The notes under the pieces: model-generated
Databases searched by the model: none
The model's input: only the letters and a program-made list of their open reading frames with translations
Told to the model about the DNA's origin: nothing
Made by a program: the position numbers and the translations under genes
From: Eledone cirrhosa
Taxonomy: Eukaryota
Assembly (NCBI GenBank): GCA_964016885.1
Contig: OZ024747.1
Coordinates: 42,036,001-42,100,000 of the forward strand
Direction of reading: 5' to 3'
Length of the DNA stretch: 64,000 nt
Part shown: piece by piece, positions 13,561-28,310 of the stretch
Numbering within the stretch: the stretch's first letter is position 1
Layout: the number at the start of each line of letters is the position of its first letter

Positions 13561-15426
13561 AAGTAATTAAAAGAAGAGGAGGTGGGTAAGTGGGTTAATT
13601 ATTAGCCTTTCTTTTTAGATAAGTTTTCTTTAGCAGATATCTTCATCATTTCCTAGCACTATGTTCAGAATGTAATAAATAAATGATATAAAACTTAGAA
13701 AATTTAACTTGTAACACTATGTGTGCCTTGTTTAGAGCTTTAAAAAATTATTTGATAAGTAGATCTAAATCAATTAGATCTATAATCAATAATCAATTAG
13801 CACATTATTTTTCTGCTTTTAAATATTTTTTTCTTTTGGTTTTGTGGAATATCTTTTTTTGTTTTTATTTAATATATGAAACCATTGTGTATTTGTGATA
13901 ACAACTGGAGTGGGTTGAGGGGGGGTGTCTTTGTAATAATTTATGATGCTTGTTTGTGATAACAGCCAGCTTGGATGGGGTAGGATAGAGCATATCTGTC
14001 ACATACACACAGCAACACACACACACACACATAGTTGTATGTTTGTGATAATCTGGTTGCCATGCTAGAGAAAGAGAGTATGTGTATGTGTTTATATATA
14101 TACATATATAAATATATATACACACACACATACAATTGCATATTTACAATAAGAGATGGGGGTGGTGGAGTGGGGGGTCTCTTTCATACACAGTTGCATG
14201 TTTGTGATAACAGAGCGGGGGGGGGGGGGGGTGACAAGGGTTGGGGGAGGGTCTCCTTTATATGACGTTTTAACAATTGAAAAAAAAATTACTAAAAAAA
14301 CAACCTAACATCCCACCTGTTCTTTCTTACACTCCCTCTCCCCACAAAAGAGAAAAGAAAAGACAAAGGTGTACATGTGATTCTAATTCATATAATTTCT
14401 TGTTTTAAGAAAAGACAACAAATTTTTTTTTTAATAAAAAACAAAAGAAAACGAAATAAAGAAGTAAAAACCTGAATGAAATACCTGTGTGCCAATCAAA
14501 ATCTGCTCATTTATCATTTATCATCATCATCATCATTGAATGAATCCATTTGCCACTACCATCACCACCATCACCTACACTCATACATGTTACTATTATC
14601 TTCAATACTTATTCAGTTTTTACGTTTTCTTGTTTCTACAACACCATCTTTCTTTCTATTTTAGCAGGTTTTATTATTATTATTGTTATTAATATCATTA
14701 TTTTTATTATTTTGAATATAAAAAAATATATTTGGTAACTTCTCCAAATCTTTCTGTAAAAAAAAAATGTTAAAAGTCTTTTTATAAAAAGAAGAAAAAC
14801 AAAAAAAGAAATATTTTTTAAAAAGTGATCTTTAATTTCATTTAATTTCAATTTGTATTTTTAGAGGAGAGGAAAAACTTCCTCTCCTAGCACCCACCAA
14901 CAATACCACCCTGCGTTTCTATCATTTCAGAATTATGATTTGAATAAAGACCTACACTATACCCACCACCACCACCACTATCACCATCGCCACTACTGTC
15001 ACCACCACAATCACAACCACCTACTGCCCTCAATCTCAGTCAGACCTTTTTCACTCCCTGTCCCTGCTGCCTTTATTGTCCTCCTATTCTTCCTACATAA
15101 GAAATCACCAATTTCCAAAGAATCATCCATAGACATCCAAACCAATGATAATGTTTCTGTGACCTGACCCCCTCCCTCCCGTTAATCTACCCCCCCCCCC
15201 CACCTCCACTCTCTCTCCTATTCCTTTGCCGCTCTCAATAACTGCTGCTCTCATTCCCCCGCCACCATGTTTGTTCTCTTCTCTACTTCATCTCTTATAT
15301 TTAGTGACTATAATATAATATATAATATATATATGTATATATACACATACACACACACACCACACCACACTCACTGATATACAGATATATATATATATAT
15401 ACATACATATAAATATATATATATAT

Positions 15427-15493
<67 letters not shown>

Positions 15494-16031
15494 GAACAAA
15501 ATGATTAAAGACAATAAATAACAGAAAAAAAAGCAAAACAAAAGAAACAGATTTCAAGTTCCAGCCATTTGTCTGGGGAAGGAACATACCAGTCATGTTG
15601 AATGAGAATATTATGAAATAAATGATATTTGATAAAAAAAAGTCTCTATTTTTTTTTACATATTAATCAACTTTCTTTCATTCTCTCTCTCAGGTAGTCA
15701 GAGGCAGTGGAAATGGGGGAAGCCATATTTTTCTCCCCAAACTACCAAGACACACATCTATATCAAAGTTTTTTATATCTCGGTTGATATTTGATAACAG
15801 CTATGCTAATCACTACAACTAAATTGACAAAATTTGTCCTCCCCTCCCCCAATTCAGAAATGCTTCCACTACCCCTGTGTGTATGTATATATATATATGT
15901 ATATATATTTATATATATATATATATTTTAACTATCTTTTAATATCTTTATATATACTCCAGTTCTACCAACTGCCGAGTGCTACTTATCTGATATATGC
16001 ATAGCTTTATTGTTCTACAATATTACTCACC

Positions 16032-16563
<532 letters not shown>

Positions 16564-16769
16564 ATATATATACACACACACACACATATGGACAGGACAC
16601 AAGTCCATCACAGGTTAACGTCTGTGTCAAGCCTGAAGGCTCATCAGGCCAGTGCTTATCCTGGTTTCCGTGATGTGGTCCATCACAGGGTTAAACTAAA
16701 CCCCCAGCTATTGCTGGTACAGCTGACTATACTGGAATTATGATCGTAAGTCCAACACCCTCTCAATTC

Positions 16770-17125
16770 AAAGAAACAGCGACTATCTCATCTCCAAGCT
16801 ATGCACTTTTGTTACTTGATAAAGTATGTAGCTCGGAGAGTCACTCTCAGGTAGAGCCTGTACTTCTCTAAATTGAGAGATCAATGCTCTGATACTACAG
16901 ACAGGTTGTTAGAATGTCTCAGGAAAGAATCGCTGGACAGATTTTACAGGTAAAACCATCCAGCAGGAGACCCAGTGGTAGACCCCAGCAAGATGGTTAG
17001 ATTACATCCATGAGCTTGGCTGGTCTCGCTTGGGGATACAGCTGGATCAGTTGGAGATGGTTGCTTCTGACAGGACTCGCTGGAAGGAGTGTTTGAGGAC
17101 TCTGCCCCATGACCCTCTTGGATGA
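16770..17125 (+). mobile_element. Old RTE 3' fragment (same family as 22490-22830 and 38870-39270)
   Basis: Degenerate ...RWLDYIHELGWSRLGIQLDQLEMVASDRTRWKECLRTLP; reverse-complement similarity to 38890-39050. Confidence 0.65.
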
Positions 17126-17384
17126 ATAAGCAATCCCAGACCAACAGCAGTAAACTACTAGGGGAGATGGAGCAATGGGTGACACCTTTAGCACCCAAGA
17201 AAACTCTCACAAACCAGTGACGTAGCTATGACAAGGCAAGTAAAGGTCACCTCTAAAAAAGCCCAGCCTTCGCAGGTCTGAGAAAAGTACAAGATTGGTG
17301 ACTGGCCTGAATAAGACCACCAAAAATCACTGCAATATCGCGAAACAATATGGCAGTAATATCACATTGTATTTGAATTAATAA

Positions 17385-18034
17385 ACAAACTAAGTGAGAA
17401 ATTAGGAATAAGAGCGATCAGATGCTGTTTACTTGAGAGGAGATTACGTTGGTATGGTCATGTGATGCGCATTTAAGACGACAGCTGTATAAAAAAGTGC
17501 AGGGCGATCAAAATTGGTGGAAGTTACAGTGTAGGTAGACCCAGAAAAACCTGGGACGACATGATAAATTCTGACCTTGCACACTTACACCTCTCTGTCA
17601 CTGGATTGAGACTTTTGGCGCTACACAGTAATACAGAAGACGCGCCTTTCCTAGTTACAAAGTTAAACCTAGTCAGTAGGCACCTCTTAACGAAATATAC
17701 ACCCCAACCAACTATCCCTACTCCATCCTCCCACTCCCACCAACACCACCCTTTCTCTGTAAAGTTATGTTGGTACCACAGAACATCCAGTCCAAACTAA
17801 AGAGGTTGTGTAGATGTCACGACAAAAAGCACACAGTCCATGCTGTAATGTGGTCGTGTAGGAGACGCAGTAAAAAGCCCCCCAATCCATACTGTAAATG
17901 TGGTTGGTGTTAGGAAGGACATCCAACCATAGAAAACCTGCCAGATACAGCCCTATACAAGCGAGACACGGTCACCTGATCAATCTTGCCTCAAGTGGGA
18001 CAATTCCTGACTAACAACGATGATGATGATGATG
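17385..18034 (+). mobile_element. RTE LINE family 2, 3' fragment
   Basis: [12 protein letters not shown]...GRPRKTWDD; 3' UTR homologous to 48567-48900; (ATG)n tail. Confidence 0.85.
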
Positions 18035-18601
18035 AAAAATTCAGAGGAATTTACTAAAATTTTAATTTCAATATTAAGATAGTATTACAAAAAGGTTCTT
18101 ATATCAAATTATGTTAAAAAGATTTATTTTAAATTATGTAGAAACTCTTTAAATCAGGTGGTTTTATGAAATAAAACCAGCAGTTTTAGGTGAGTTGGTA
18201 TCAAAAGGGTTAATGTAACCAGAATCTAATTGTGAGGGCACTAAATTTTATTTCTGTCTTTATCTTTCTCCATCTAACTGTTTTCCATATTTTAATACTG
18301 GAGAGACAAATTTGTAATTTCAGCATTTTCAGAAGAGTAAGTAAACAGGGGGAAACTGGAGCACATTGGATAAAATACTTTCATGTTTTATTTCTCTACA
18401 TTTCTTGGTTGGAATTTTGCCATAATTGGCTTTGTTTTTCATCCCACTAAAGATGGCGTTGGTTACCAGTTCATGCAGTAATGTATTCCTATCCTGCAAA
18501 ATCTGGATTGGTGCCATTTCATAGTCCAAGGAAATATATATGCTTGGATGTACAAAGAGTATTAAAAAAAGAATGAATATTTAATGTGGAGTAGAGTTTA
18601 G

Positions 18602-21600
18602 CCCTTTAGCTTTTACATTACTATTGTATTTTTGTGAGAAAGGCTTTATCTTACATAACTATCTCACATAATATCGAATCTACAAGATTTTGATGTTATT
18701 TATTTTGAGAAGAATACCTTAACATCAGTATAAGCAGCCAGTTTAAACAGAATGAGGTGAGAGAATTCTGGCCAGATATCATCATCATCATCATCATCAT
18801 CACCGTTTTACGTCCGTTCTTCCATGCTAGCATGGGTTAGACGGGTTGTCCTGTTGTGGGCAGTGTCTGGTCGCCTGACCATGCCTTGCACATACAGGAA
18901 CTAATTTTGGCTTGGTTTCTACAGCTGGATGCCCTTCCTAACACCAACCTCATTTACAGTGAGTGTTGGGTGCTTTTTTCCGTGGCGCCTACGCGTCCAC
19001 TTTACAGTGTGGGCTACATGCTTTTTTGCCGTGGCACCTCCACGACCACTTTGCAGTGGGAGGGTGTGGGGGCATATTGTCTATATGCTTCAGCTTGTAC
19101 CCATGGGAGGTCGAGTACTCTGTATTAATGCGTGACGCCAGAGGTCACGGTCGTGTGTCATCATCGCCTTTGAGAGGTGCAACTGGGTAAGGTCGGCCCT
19201 TATCACCTCATCCCAGGTCTTCTTGGGTCTCCCCACTCTGCCGTTCGCGTATATTACTATTACACATCCATTGGAGCATGCAGGCTTCGTTTTTTTTCTA
19301 ATCTACGTAAGTCTTCCACCTTCAGCACCCAGGTCTCACTACCATGTAACATTGCTGTTCGGATACACACATCATACAGTCTGCCTTTCATTTTGAGGGA
19401 GAAGCCTTTTGCAGCTAGCAGTGGCAGTAGTTCTTCCATCCCGTTCTTACTCTAGTTATTGTACTTTCTGAACACCCACCTCCGCTGCTAATTCGGTCAC
19501 CTAGGTAGCAGAAGCTGTCTACTGTTTCTACAGAGCCCTCCCAGAGATTGGTGGTACTTGTTTCTTGTGGCTGCTTGCTGTCCCAGCACAGCTGCTACAT
19601 GTGAAGCCTACATTCTTAATTAAGCTTCCTGAGATCCCGCTACATCTCTTGTGTACCCATTGTTTGCATTTGGGGCAGAGAATGGAGTTCCTACCTACAT
19701 ACTGAGCAAGGTCATTTCCCTGAGGGGATCTGGGTTCTGTTTTCTCGTCTACTTACAAGGACCTTAGTCTTTGTCATGTTGACTTTGAGACCCGTTCTTT
19801 CTAGTCCCTGCTTCCATGTTTGGAATTTCTTCTCTAGTTCTACCATAGATTCAGCTATAAGTGCGAGGTCATCTGCATACAGGAGTTCCCATGGGCATCT
19901 GGTCTTAAACTCCTCTGTTATTGCCTGCAGGACTATGATGAACAGGAGAGGGCTAAGAACAGAGCCCTGGTGGACACCAACCTGTATGCTAAATTCCTCG
20001 CTATACTCATTGCTAATCCTAACTTTGCTGACTGCTCCCCTGCTTCTACAGCTTTCACAAGCCATTCATCTACTCCTAGTTTTCTAAGAGCCCACCAGAT
20101 TATAGCACGTGGAACTCTGTCAAAGGCTTTCTCGAGATCGACGAATGCCAGGTAGAGTGGCTTACTTTTAGCTAGGTACTTTTCCTGTAACTGCCTCACA
20201 AGGAAGAGGGCATCAGTGGTGCCTCTTCCTGGTACAAACCCAAATTGCATCTCATCTAGTTTCACCCGGTCCCTAATCAACTGTGTTATAACTCTTTCTT
20301 TTACTTTCATGACCTGGTCCATCAGCTTTATACCTCTATAGTTTCCTCTATCTAGTGCATTACCTTTACCTTTGTAGCAGTTGACAATGATGCTACTGCA
20401 CTAATCTTTTGGTATGACACCTTCTAGTATTACCTGGTTAACAATACGTGTGGTTATAGTGTGACCTACAGACCCAGATGCCTTCAGCATCTCGGCAGCT
20501 ATACCTGATGGACCGGTTGCCCTCCCTATCTTCATATCTTTGATTGCCTTACTTACTAAGCTGCTGCTGACTTGTACTGCTGGCCCCTCTATAGGGTCTA
20601 CTTTGGGTAGGGTCTCTTCTTCCCATGCATTCTCCTCATTTAGTAATCTATCATAATGGCTCTTCCATGCATCTTTCTTCTCAGCACTTGTGAGGGCAAG
20701 CTCACCTCCGACACACTGCCTCGCAATCTTGAACACCTGTTTCTGGTCCTCACGTTGCAAAACATGCTTGAATTTTCTATCCTCTGCTTCCCTCCTAGCT
20801 AAGTATACTTGTCGCCTAGCTTCCCTCTTGGTCTCTGTAATGTACCCTGCTCCCCCCCGTTATTCCATGCCTGTCTCTTGGCCTCATTGTTCCACCACCA
20901 AGTCACTCTCCTCCTGCTTGAGGTCTTACTCCAGCCACAGATCTCATCCGTCGCCTCTAGTAAGTTATTTTTTAGGAACTCCCAGTGCTCTTCTACATTG
21001 AATGTCTCTATCTGTTCTTCTTTACTGTCGTAGGCATTGAGTCAAATATCTTTAAATCTGTTACTGGCCGAGGGGTCTTTCAGCTTCCAGATCTTTCTTC
21101 TCCAGGTTCTAGTTCTGACCGTGAGGTCGCTGACAACTAAGCTATGTTGGAAGGTACATTCCTCACTAGGGAAGGCTTTTGTGTTTACGACCGTCCATCT
21201 GTCACGTCCTCTGATGAGGATAAAATCTATCTGACTAGAGTGCTCCCCTGATCTATAGGTGATCAGGTGGTTGTCGGGTTTTTTGAAGTTTGTGTTACAT
21301 ATCGACATGTCATTGGCGTCGCAGAATTCTAGAAGTCTGAATCCTTCTTCATTTCTTGTGCCAACCCATGGCCTCCATTGAAGCCGGCACAGTGTTTAAA
21401 ATCTCCTGCGATGATTAGGAAGTCAGTCGTTTGTTAGAGCAGTAGTGTGCATTTGGGACTCGTAAAACCTATCCTTAAGTTCGTCTGGCAACCCCGATTG
21501 GGGTGCGTAAGCTGATATTATTGTGGTAATTGTTTTATTCAGGACTAGTCTGAGTTTAATGATTCTTGCATTTACCCTGTACACTGAGATTATTTTATCT

Positions 21601-21823
21601 ACCCACTTGTCAGCTAGTAGTATACCTACACCACCCATCCCATTGTCATTTCCCACCCAGGAAAATTTGTAGCACTGACTTTTTCCTACACGGACTCTAG
21701 TAGACTCTCCTCTCCATCTAGTCTCTTGCACACAGCATACATCAATTTCCTTTCACTCTACGATTTCTCCTGCTCTTCCTTTCATTGTGCTTACAAAGAT
21801 ATGCCAGTTTAAAAGCTAAAGTG
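18602..21823. mobile_element. TTAA-type (piggyBac-like) MITE split by an RTE insertion
   Basis: Left part 18602-18779 and right part 21797-21823 reconstitute the reverse complement of the MITE at 27426-27632. Confidence 0.75.
18780..21796 (-). mobile_element. Near-full-length RTE LINE family 1 (APE endonuclease + RT), disrupted
   Basis: APE motifs VQETRW, IISAYAPQ, SQIDFIL; RT motifs FVDLEKAFDRVP, GVHQGSVLSPLLF, LYADDL. Contains frameshifts and deletions, a (TGA)n tail, and AGATAT duplicated at 18774-18779 and 21797-21802. Confidence 0.95.
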
Positions 21824-21959
21824 TTAATCATTCATTGTCCCATCATCTTTTTGTTGCATAAGGAATTGTACATGCTGAAGAGTGTTTAAGTAGCGGCCAA
21901 GTAAATCATCAGCTTCAAATAGATATAATTAAAAATAGTTGTTTTTATATACATAAAAA

Positions 21960-22850
21960 CAATGAATATACACATCAAGAAAATGTTTACTTAAATTCTT
22001 TCAAAGCCCATGTCTCGCTGCCATATAACATCACACTTTCCTCTGCATGCTGAGAGAGAAGCTCATTGTTGCCAGTAGATGTAATAGATCCCTGAACGTT
22101 TTCCAACCCATTTCAATTAGCTACTATGCTTTCAGAGTACCAACTTTCACTGCTGATTTGGTCACCTTTTAGGGACCCAACCAAACATTTGAATGAATCC
22201 AGTTCATATGTACTTTAGCACATATTGTTCCTGTACATACAAAGTCTATCTTTTCATTTGCTCAGCCTGTAATCCCATCTCTTGTATATCTATAATTTTG
22301 CACACTCAGCAGTGCCATTAACTTTCCATTGCTAGGTTCTTCCTATTTTGGCCTAAAGAAAGCAAAGTACTACTCCAGTGTCCTTAAAACACTTTGAAAA
22401 TAAAACTATCACTACTGCCCTACCACCGACACATTCACTCACTTCTGAAAGTTTGAGAGTTGCATGTCTTCTTCACCTACTTATCCTGCAGGGGTTGTGG
22501 AGACAAAATCTTTAGATGCCTTCCAGAGAGCTCCATTAGAAGCCAGTCTCTCAGTGATCTTTGCTGGAAGCGAGATTAACAGAGCTTAAGGATGTTACCT
22601 ATCTTGCGCACTGTCTACCCTCAAGTCTCCTGCTTTTTGGTTTTCCCATTAAAATCTGGCCAATTTTTTGTTTGACATTCTAACATGTCAGTAGTATTGG
22701 AGCTGTATTCTCTTGGGGCAGAAATGTAGCAGCTCCCCTATCTCTGATTTACATACCTTATTGAGTAAAGTTACTCCAGAGACCTTTAGGAGGAACTTCA
22801 TTTCAGCCATTTGTATTCTTTCAATCATTGCCCAAGACCATAGGTATGGA
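21960..22850 (-). mobile_element. Highly degenerate LINE remnants (RTE-like)
   Basis: Minus strand RIQMAEMKFLLKVSGVTLLNKV near 22760-22820 resembles the RTE thumb region; homologous to 39100-39260. Confidence 0.5.
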
Positions 22851-23308
22851 CATACAAAAGATGTGAATTACAGGCTGGGCAACTGAGAAGATAGACTTTG
22901 TATGTATAGGAGCAATGCACAGTAAAAGAACATGAAATAGATTCTCTTAAATATGAAAATTGTAGTCTTTGTAGGCAAAAATATTTTTGTAAGCAATTTT
23001 ATTTTTTGGTTTCAAACTGATGAATTATTTGAAGCAACTAATACAATCTATAGACAATGAGCTTTGATACAAATAGAATATTAACATAACATTGCTTTGA
23101 TTTTATGTAAAAGCAACAATACGGAGGAATTATGAACTACTGGTTTCTGTGTAATTACAACTGCTGTTCTAATTGTTGTTGCTGAAAATTATTCCATTCT
23201 GCTTTCCCCCAAGAGGTATGTAACAGGAATAGCCAAAAGAAATCTGTAGCACAATTCTTTTCAAGTTCAATAATACCATAGATAACTATACCAAGATTCA
23301 GTCTAGAG

Positions 23309-23514
23309 CAGTGCTTCTGTAAAGTGTTCTATGATGTTTTTTTTAAATTAAAAAAAAAAAAAAATACAATTTTATGAAATCATTTTTAAAAATAAAACAT
23401 TTTGCTTTATTAAACGTCTTACTAAAATTTGGGTGGTGGGGATTATTCATAAAATATAGGTATGAGTTCCACAATTTTGATGTTTCTGTGATAAAGCACA
23501 TTTGGAAAGTACTG
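23309..23514. mobile_element. hAT/Charlie-like MITE
   Basis: Imperfect TIRs CAGTGCTTC / GAAAGTACTG flanked by a perfect 8-bp duplication GTCTAGAG (23301-23308 and 23515-23522). Confidence 0.75.
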
Positions 23515-26500
23515 GTCTAGAGTGAAGTACATTGTATCTGCCTGGGAAAGTATTACATTTATTGTGCAAGCTGTAATCCAGGGAGTTAGTTGTAACAGAT
23601 GGCCTGAGTGAGTTAAGTTCTTTGAAATGTATGAAAAAATAACAATGGTCTACCCCCTTCTGTAGTTGCTAATCTTAATGTAGCAATCAAAACTAACATT
23701 AACCTTGAAAATAGAGGCCACCCAACAACAGACCGAAAAATGTTAGTTTTCCTGAGAAAAATATACAAACAATAATAAAACAAAAGTATTTGCATTGAAC
23801 TGTTTTATTGAAAATAGTTTTGGTTAAAATAGTTCAATTACAACTAAATTCTGTTTCTTCATGTCGTGTAGAAAGGGATCTGTTAAATACTTCCTGAGCT
23901 GTCATGTTCACCTGCTTTTTACCTAGTAGCTGCATAGTAGTTGGATTTAGCACAAGTAGCAAATGGACAAGCTAACTCAATCAAATTACAATAATACATC
24001 AGAAAATGAAAATAGAACAGAATCTTAGTGAAATTATGTTGGCAATTGCATGAAATAAAATAGAACTCTGAAAGGTTTCACAAATACCAAAACAATAAAT
24101 ATCAGGGTTGAAAAATTATTGCACACTCAGCACTTTGCTGTTTATTTGGCAATTGTGATCAACAGTATAATAGCCTTGGGATAGAGCCAAGTCAGAATTG
24201 TAATGTGTGGAAGCTCAGATGTAAGGATTTGAGATAGATGCTGTGAAGACCTTATAGATGAAGCAATTCCTATTAGAGATAGTGTGGACTTGTTTCTGCT
24301 CTGAAATTCATTGGCATCATCAAGTGTACAGTTACACCATCACAGAATTATTTCTTTTCTGGAACATGTAATGGTTTACAAGAAATATTTAAAGTGAAGT
24401 TTAATATTAGTCAGCAAGTGAAGCGACTGGTTTTTTTTACCTTAAAATTCAATCAGTCTCTCAATACATTCTTTCATAAGGTCCTGGTTCCCCATACTAA
24501 CTTGGATCTACAGACCCATACCTTTATATGAGTTATTAAATAAAGTGATTATGATTTAGTGCTTTGCCAGCACTATAGAATGGTACCTGTAGTCCAGTCA
24601 GCTGCTCTTATGAAATGTTTCTTGCTCAGCATCATAATGCAATGTAAATTTTTGGCTCTGTGTTTGGATGTACACACATTCATCTTCAGTGAAACACATT
24701 AATTTCTTAGATGGATAAATATTTGCTGGGGAATACAGATGATTGAACTGACTACAGTATCTCACTAGGACTTGCAAAGGATTAAAAAAATAAATAAATA
24801 AATTTACGACTTACATGACCTACCAAGACAGGTAAGAATAAACTAGCCACAGTCTTGGCCTTAATACTTAAAACAGAATTCACACTGATAAAGCATCAAA
24901 AGGCCAAGTTCTGGTATTAAACTAGGTAACAGAACATGAACAATCCCTGTGACAAACTTTCTTGACAGTTTCAATCTCAAGAGACATTGATCAACCCAAG
25001 GCTACAGTAAAAGGCCCTCAGCCAAGGTTCCAGGTAGTAGGATTGAACTTGAAACCACACAAACCAAAGTGCATAATAATAGGATCTGAACTGAGAAAAC
25101 AGTAATAAAATTGTACTGTCAAGCCGTCAGTCCAGCAATTAACAGCCACATCTATCTTTTTCATCAGTCTTTTATCTAATATATTCTAATCTGATTTATG
25201 AACTAATAAGTATTAATCAATTATGATAATAATTAAGAGAACTGCTTGAAGATTTCACTTGCTTGTAAATTGGTATCATGAGATTTACATCAATATTTTG
25301 TTCAAATGATAGATTTCACGTGACAAATGAACACTAACCACTATTATTCTTGTATCTCATCAAACATTTGTTTTTCGCTGAATCAAAACCAAATGCCAAC
25401 TTAGATTATTTTAGAAGGGGAATGAAATTGACTGCTTTTCACTGCTAGCTTTTTTCTTTCTATAATTTTTGCTCAAAAGGTTTGAAGGTTTTATAGTTTT
25501 AAAAATATTCTCACACCTGAAATAACCTCACAACTGGATTTTTTACTTGTTTCTGAAATTATAGAAAATTAAAATTTTCATTTCACATTTTCCTTGACCC
25601 GCCAGGCTTGTGGGTGTGCTGTTTATGCAATGTATCTTGGGCAAACAGCTTGGTAGAGCCCATCTCTTTCTGGGAAAATTTTCTATAGAGATTATACTTA
25701 TCTTTTTATTGTTTGAAATACAAGAATGCCATCACTTCAGCTTTGTTATTCTATGAATAAAAACTAACCCTTTGCTACATCATCAAAAATATTAGAATCA
25801 TAATGAACATTCTTAAAAAAGCTATAATAATTTTCTTCATTTTATGGGCATTTATACTGCAATATTTATTAGAATGATTCGAAAGGATTTACAAAATACA
25901 GAGGTTGTTTTCAGCAATGTAGCATGTCACCATTGACTAAGCTAAAACCCAAGATGTGTTTTTCTCAAACAGATAGGAAATATCCCTAATTAATGTAGCA
26001 ACCCATTGATAACTTGATTTTAAGCAGTCAGTAAATAAAATAAAATGAAACCCATATATGAAGACATATCTCCAGATAAAATTAGACTTATTTATATCAG
26101 ACACTTATGAATCAATATCAAACACTACATTGATTTCAGTTATTGTCAAGATTTACTAAAAACCCTTCCGATTAATTTCAAAACATACTAATAAATTGAA
26201 ACCAAATTACTTATAACCTACAGATTTTAAAACTAAAAGTGGCTTTTTTTTTCTCTACTATTTTCTTGTGAGCAATATCTGTTTCATATTACAATATCAT
26301 TTTTTAGTTTGGTAGTGAACTTTGAATATCATTCACTTAACTATATATTTAGAAAGAACAAACATTAAAAGCCAACAACAAAAGATTTCTTAAGCCATAT
26401 GAAAAAACAAAACAAGTTTACGACATTCTTGAAGGAAAATCATCCATTCAATGTAACACTGCCATATATATATATTACAAAAAGGAGGTCAACTGAAAAA

Positions 26501-27115
26501 GGCTCATTCAGTAACATTTGTAATATGTATCAAAATATAAATACTTTTTCAAAATGCTCTAATATCACAATTATACTAGGATCAAGTCAGAGAAAGCAGG
26601 GATTATAATACAGCAGGAAAGTACTCGAGATATCACTAGAAGTGTATGATGTTGAACAAGATAAAAAAAAAAAAGGAAATATCTTTTTCCCTTTAAAGAT
26701 ATATGCAATTTAGAAATAAAAATCATATTTTTGTTTCAAATTTTGTTTATTTTTTTAATTGATTGATATTTTGTTTTTACAAAATATTTAGACTATTGCA
26801 TGGGATCTATTGTGTGAAGTGAATGGAAATATTTGTAGATAGTAAAAGAGATTTAGGCAAAAATGAATGTTCACATTTTGTCAATGGATTTATTTGAAAA
26901 TAAGATGGAGCAATCTTTTGACAGATGATTAAGCTGGGTGAAAGTGTGAAGTAATTCATCTTTTACGGAGAAAATATATCAGCACAATGATGACAATAAC
27001 TTCACAAAACCAATAGCTGAGCACCAGAAGCAGATAGCTTACAGCATCTTTCAACCCACTAGTTATTAAGTAGCAAATATATTGCAAGTGTAATCTAATT
27101 GTTGATGATGGGTTT

Positions 27116-27202
27116 TTACCGACGATCTCGGTGGCGATGTCGGTCTCTGGAACTATTACCGTGTGTGGTTCTACGAAGGAAGTCATCAACATCTCTCTCA
27201 TA
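27116..27202 (-). CDS. YTHDC1: YTHDC1 terminal coding exon: YERDVDDFLRRTTHGNSSRDRHRHRDRR*
   Basis: Acceptor TTTTATTTCAG, phase 0, TAA at 27118-27116. Matches the vertebrate YTHDC1 motif VDDFLRRT followed by an R/D-rich tail. Confidence 0.9.
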   Translation of the reverse strand, partial: YERDVDDFLRRTTHGNSSRDRHRHRDRR

Positions 27203-27425
27203 CTGAAATAAAAAGGAAACAAAATCATTAGATGCTGCTGTTGTATAACTATATTAATTTTTCAAAATCAAAAGCATTTGCTACAATTCTCCATCCCTAT
27301 ATTGTTTGAGCTTCTATGTCCTGAATTACTGAGAATTTCTTTTTAAGACAACACTAAATTTTATCTTTTAGTCTATGTATTGACTAAAACTAGAAATGGT
27401 TTATTTGTAAAGAGTAGACGTTTAA

Positions 27426-27632
27426 CCCTTTAGCATTTAAGCTGGTCATATACGGCCAGAATTCTCTCATTTCTTTCTGTTCAAACCAGCTGTAACTGGC
27501 CGCTCATCCAATATTAAGGTATTGTTCTAAAAATAAATGATATCAAAATCTCATAGATTCGATATTATGTGAGGTAAAGCCTTTAGCGTGAAGATACAAT
27601 AACATATATAGAGTAATGTGAATGCTAAAGGG
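27426..27632. mobile_element. TTAA-flanked piggyBac-like MITE (207 bp)
   Basis: TTAA|CCCTTTAGCATT...AATGCTAAAGGG|TTAA. Relatives at 39832-40018, 36480-36680 and 18602-21823. Confidence 0.85.
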
Positions 27633-28142
27633 TTAAAAGTTAAAATCTTCCCTATAAAATTACCTTTCAACAAGTGAATACATTTTCAGGGTCCAATACA
27701 ACAATGTCCTTGAGAAGAATTTATTAAAAATTCAAATTCAAAACAATTTTCACTAACATGAACATTTCCATTGAGTTATGATGATGATGATGATGATGAT
27801 GACAAGCAGTTTAATATATAAAACATATATCAACTGGTAATATAATATATAAACCTAAAGTATCAAGAAATCTAACAAATATGTATCACTGACCATCAAA
27901 AGAGAGCATGAAAACGATGCAGTGACTGAAATACAGAAAAGAAATGGAGCAGCCAGTAGCAGTACAAGTCCATGTAAAATACATGGCAGCTGGTAACGCT
28001 TCTATGTGGTGATCAGTTAGGAAAAAAAAAACAAAAAACAACCCCCACACCGAACAAGTAGTATTCAGTAAAAGTAAATGAGGTGGGGTAGGAGGAGAGA
28101 ATAATAATAATAATAATAAAAGCTGATCTCTACTTGACTTAC

Positions 28143-28310
28143 TGATCGTTTCTCAGCCCAAACAGCACTTGCTGAACGTTTATCTGTACGTCTGGGATTG
28201 GAAATTGAAGCTGGACCATACTCAGGAGGAGTCATGTAGTTTCTTGGTCGGTTATCATAATGGCCACTGTATGTAACCATTGGATCCATATGATGTCCAT
28301 ATGCAGGAGG
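28143..28310 (-). CDS. YTHDC1: YTHDC1 exon, 168 nt: PPAYGHHMDPMVTYSGHYDNRPRNYMTPPEYGPASISNPRRTDKRSASAVWAEKRS
   Basis: Acceptor TTTATTATTAG, donor GTAAGT, phase 0/0, open frame; YSGH and DKR are comparable with the vertebrate protein. Confidence 0.88.

Noticed and set aside
16625-16672. Hammerhead ribozyme (minus-strand CTGATGA followed by a GCC-TTCA-GGC stem)
   Set aside because: The required GAAA core is missing after stem II; it looks like a SINE-tail fragment.
18329-18529. 66-aa minus-strand ORF with protein-like composition; AAGATGGCG (YY1-like) on the plus strand
   Set aside because: No recognisable family, no convincing splice sites or partner exons; a lone motif is expected by chance.
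23800-27115. Extent of the Ythdc1 3' UTR and poly(A) site
   Set aside because: Several minus-strand AATAAA hexamers (e.g. 26746-26751, ~25705, ~23804) cannot be ranked without transcript data.
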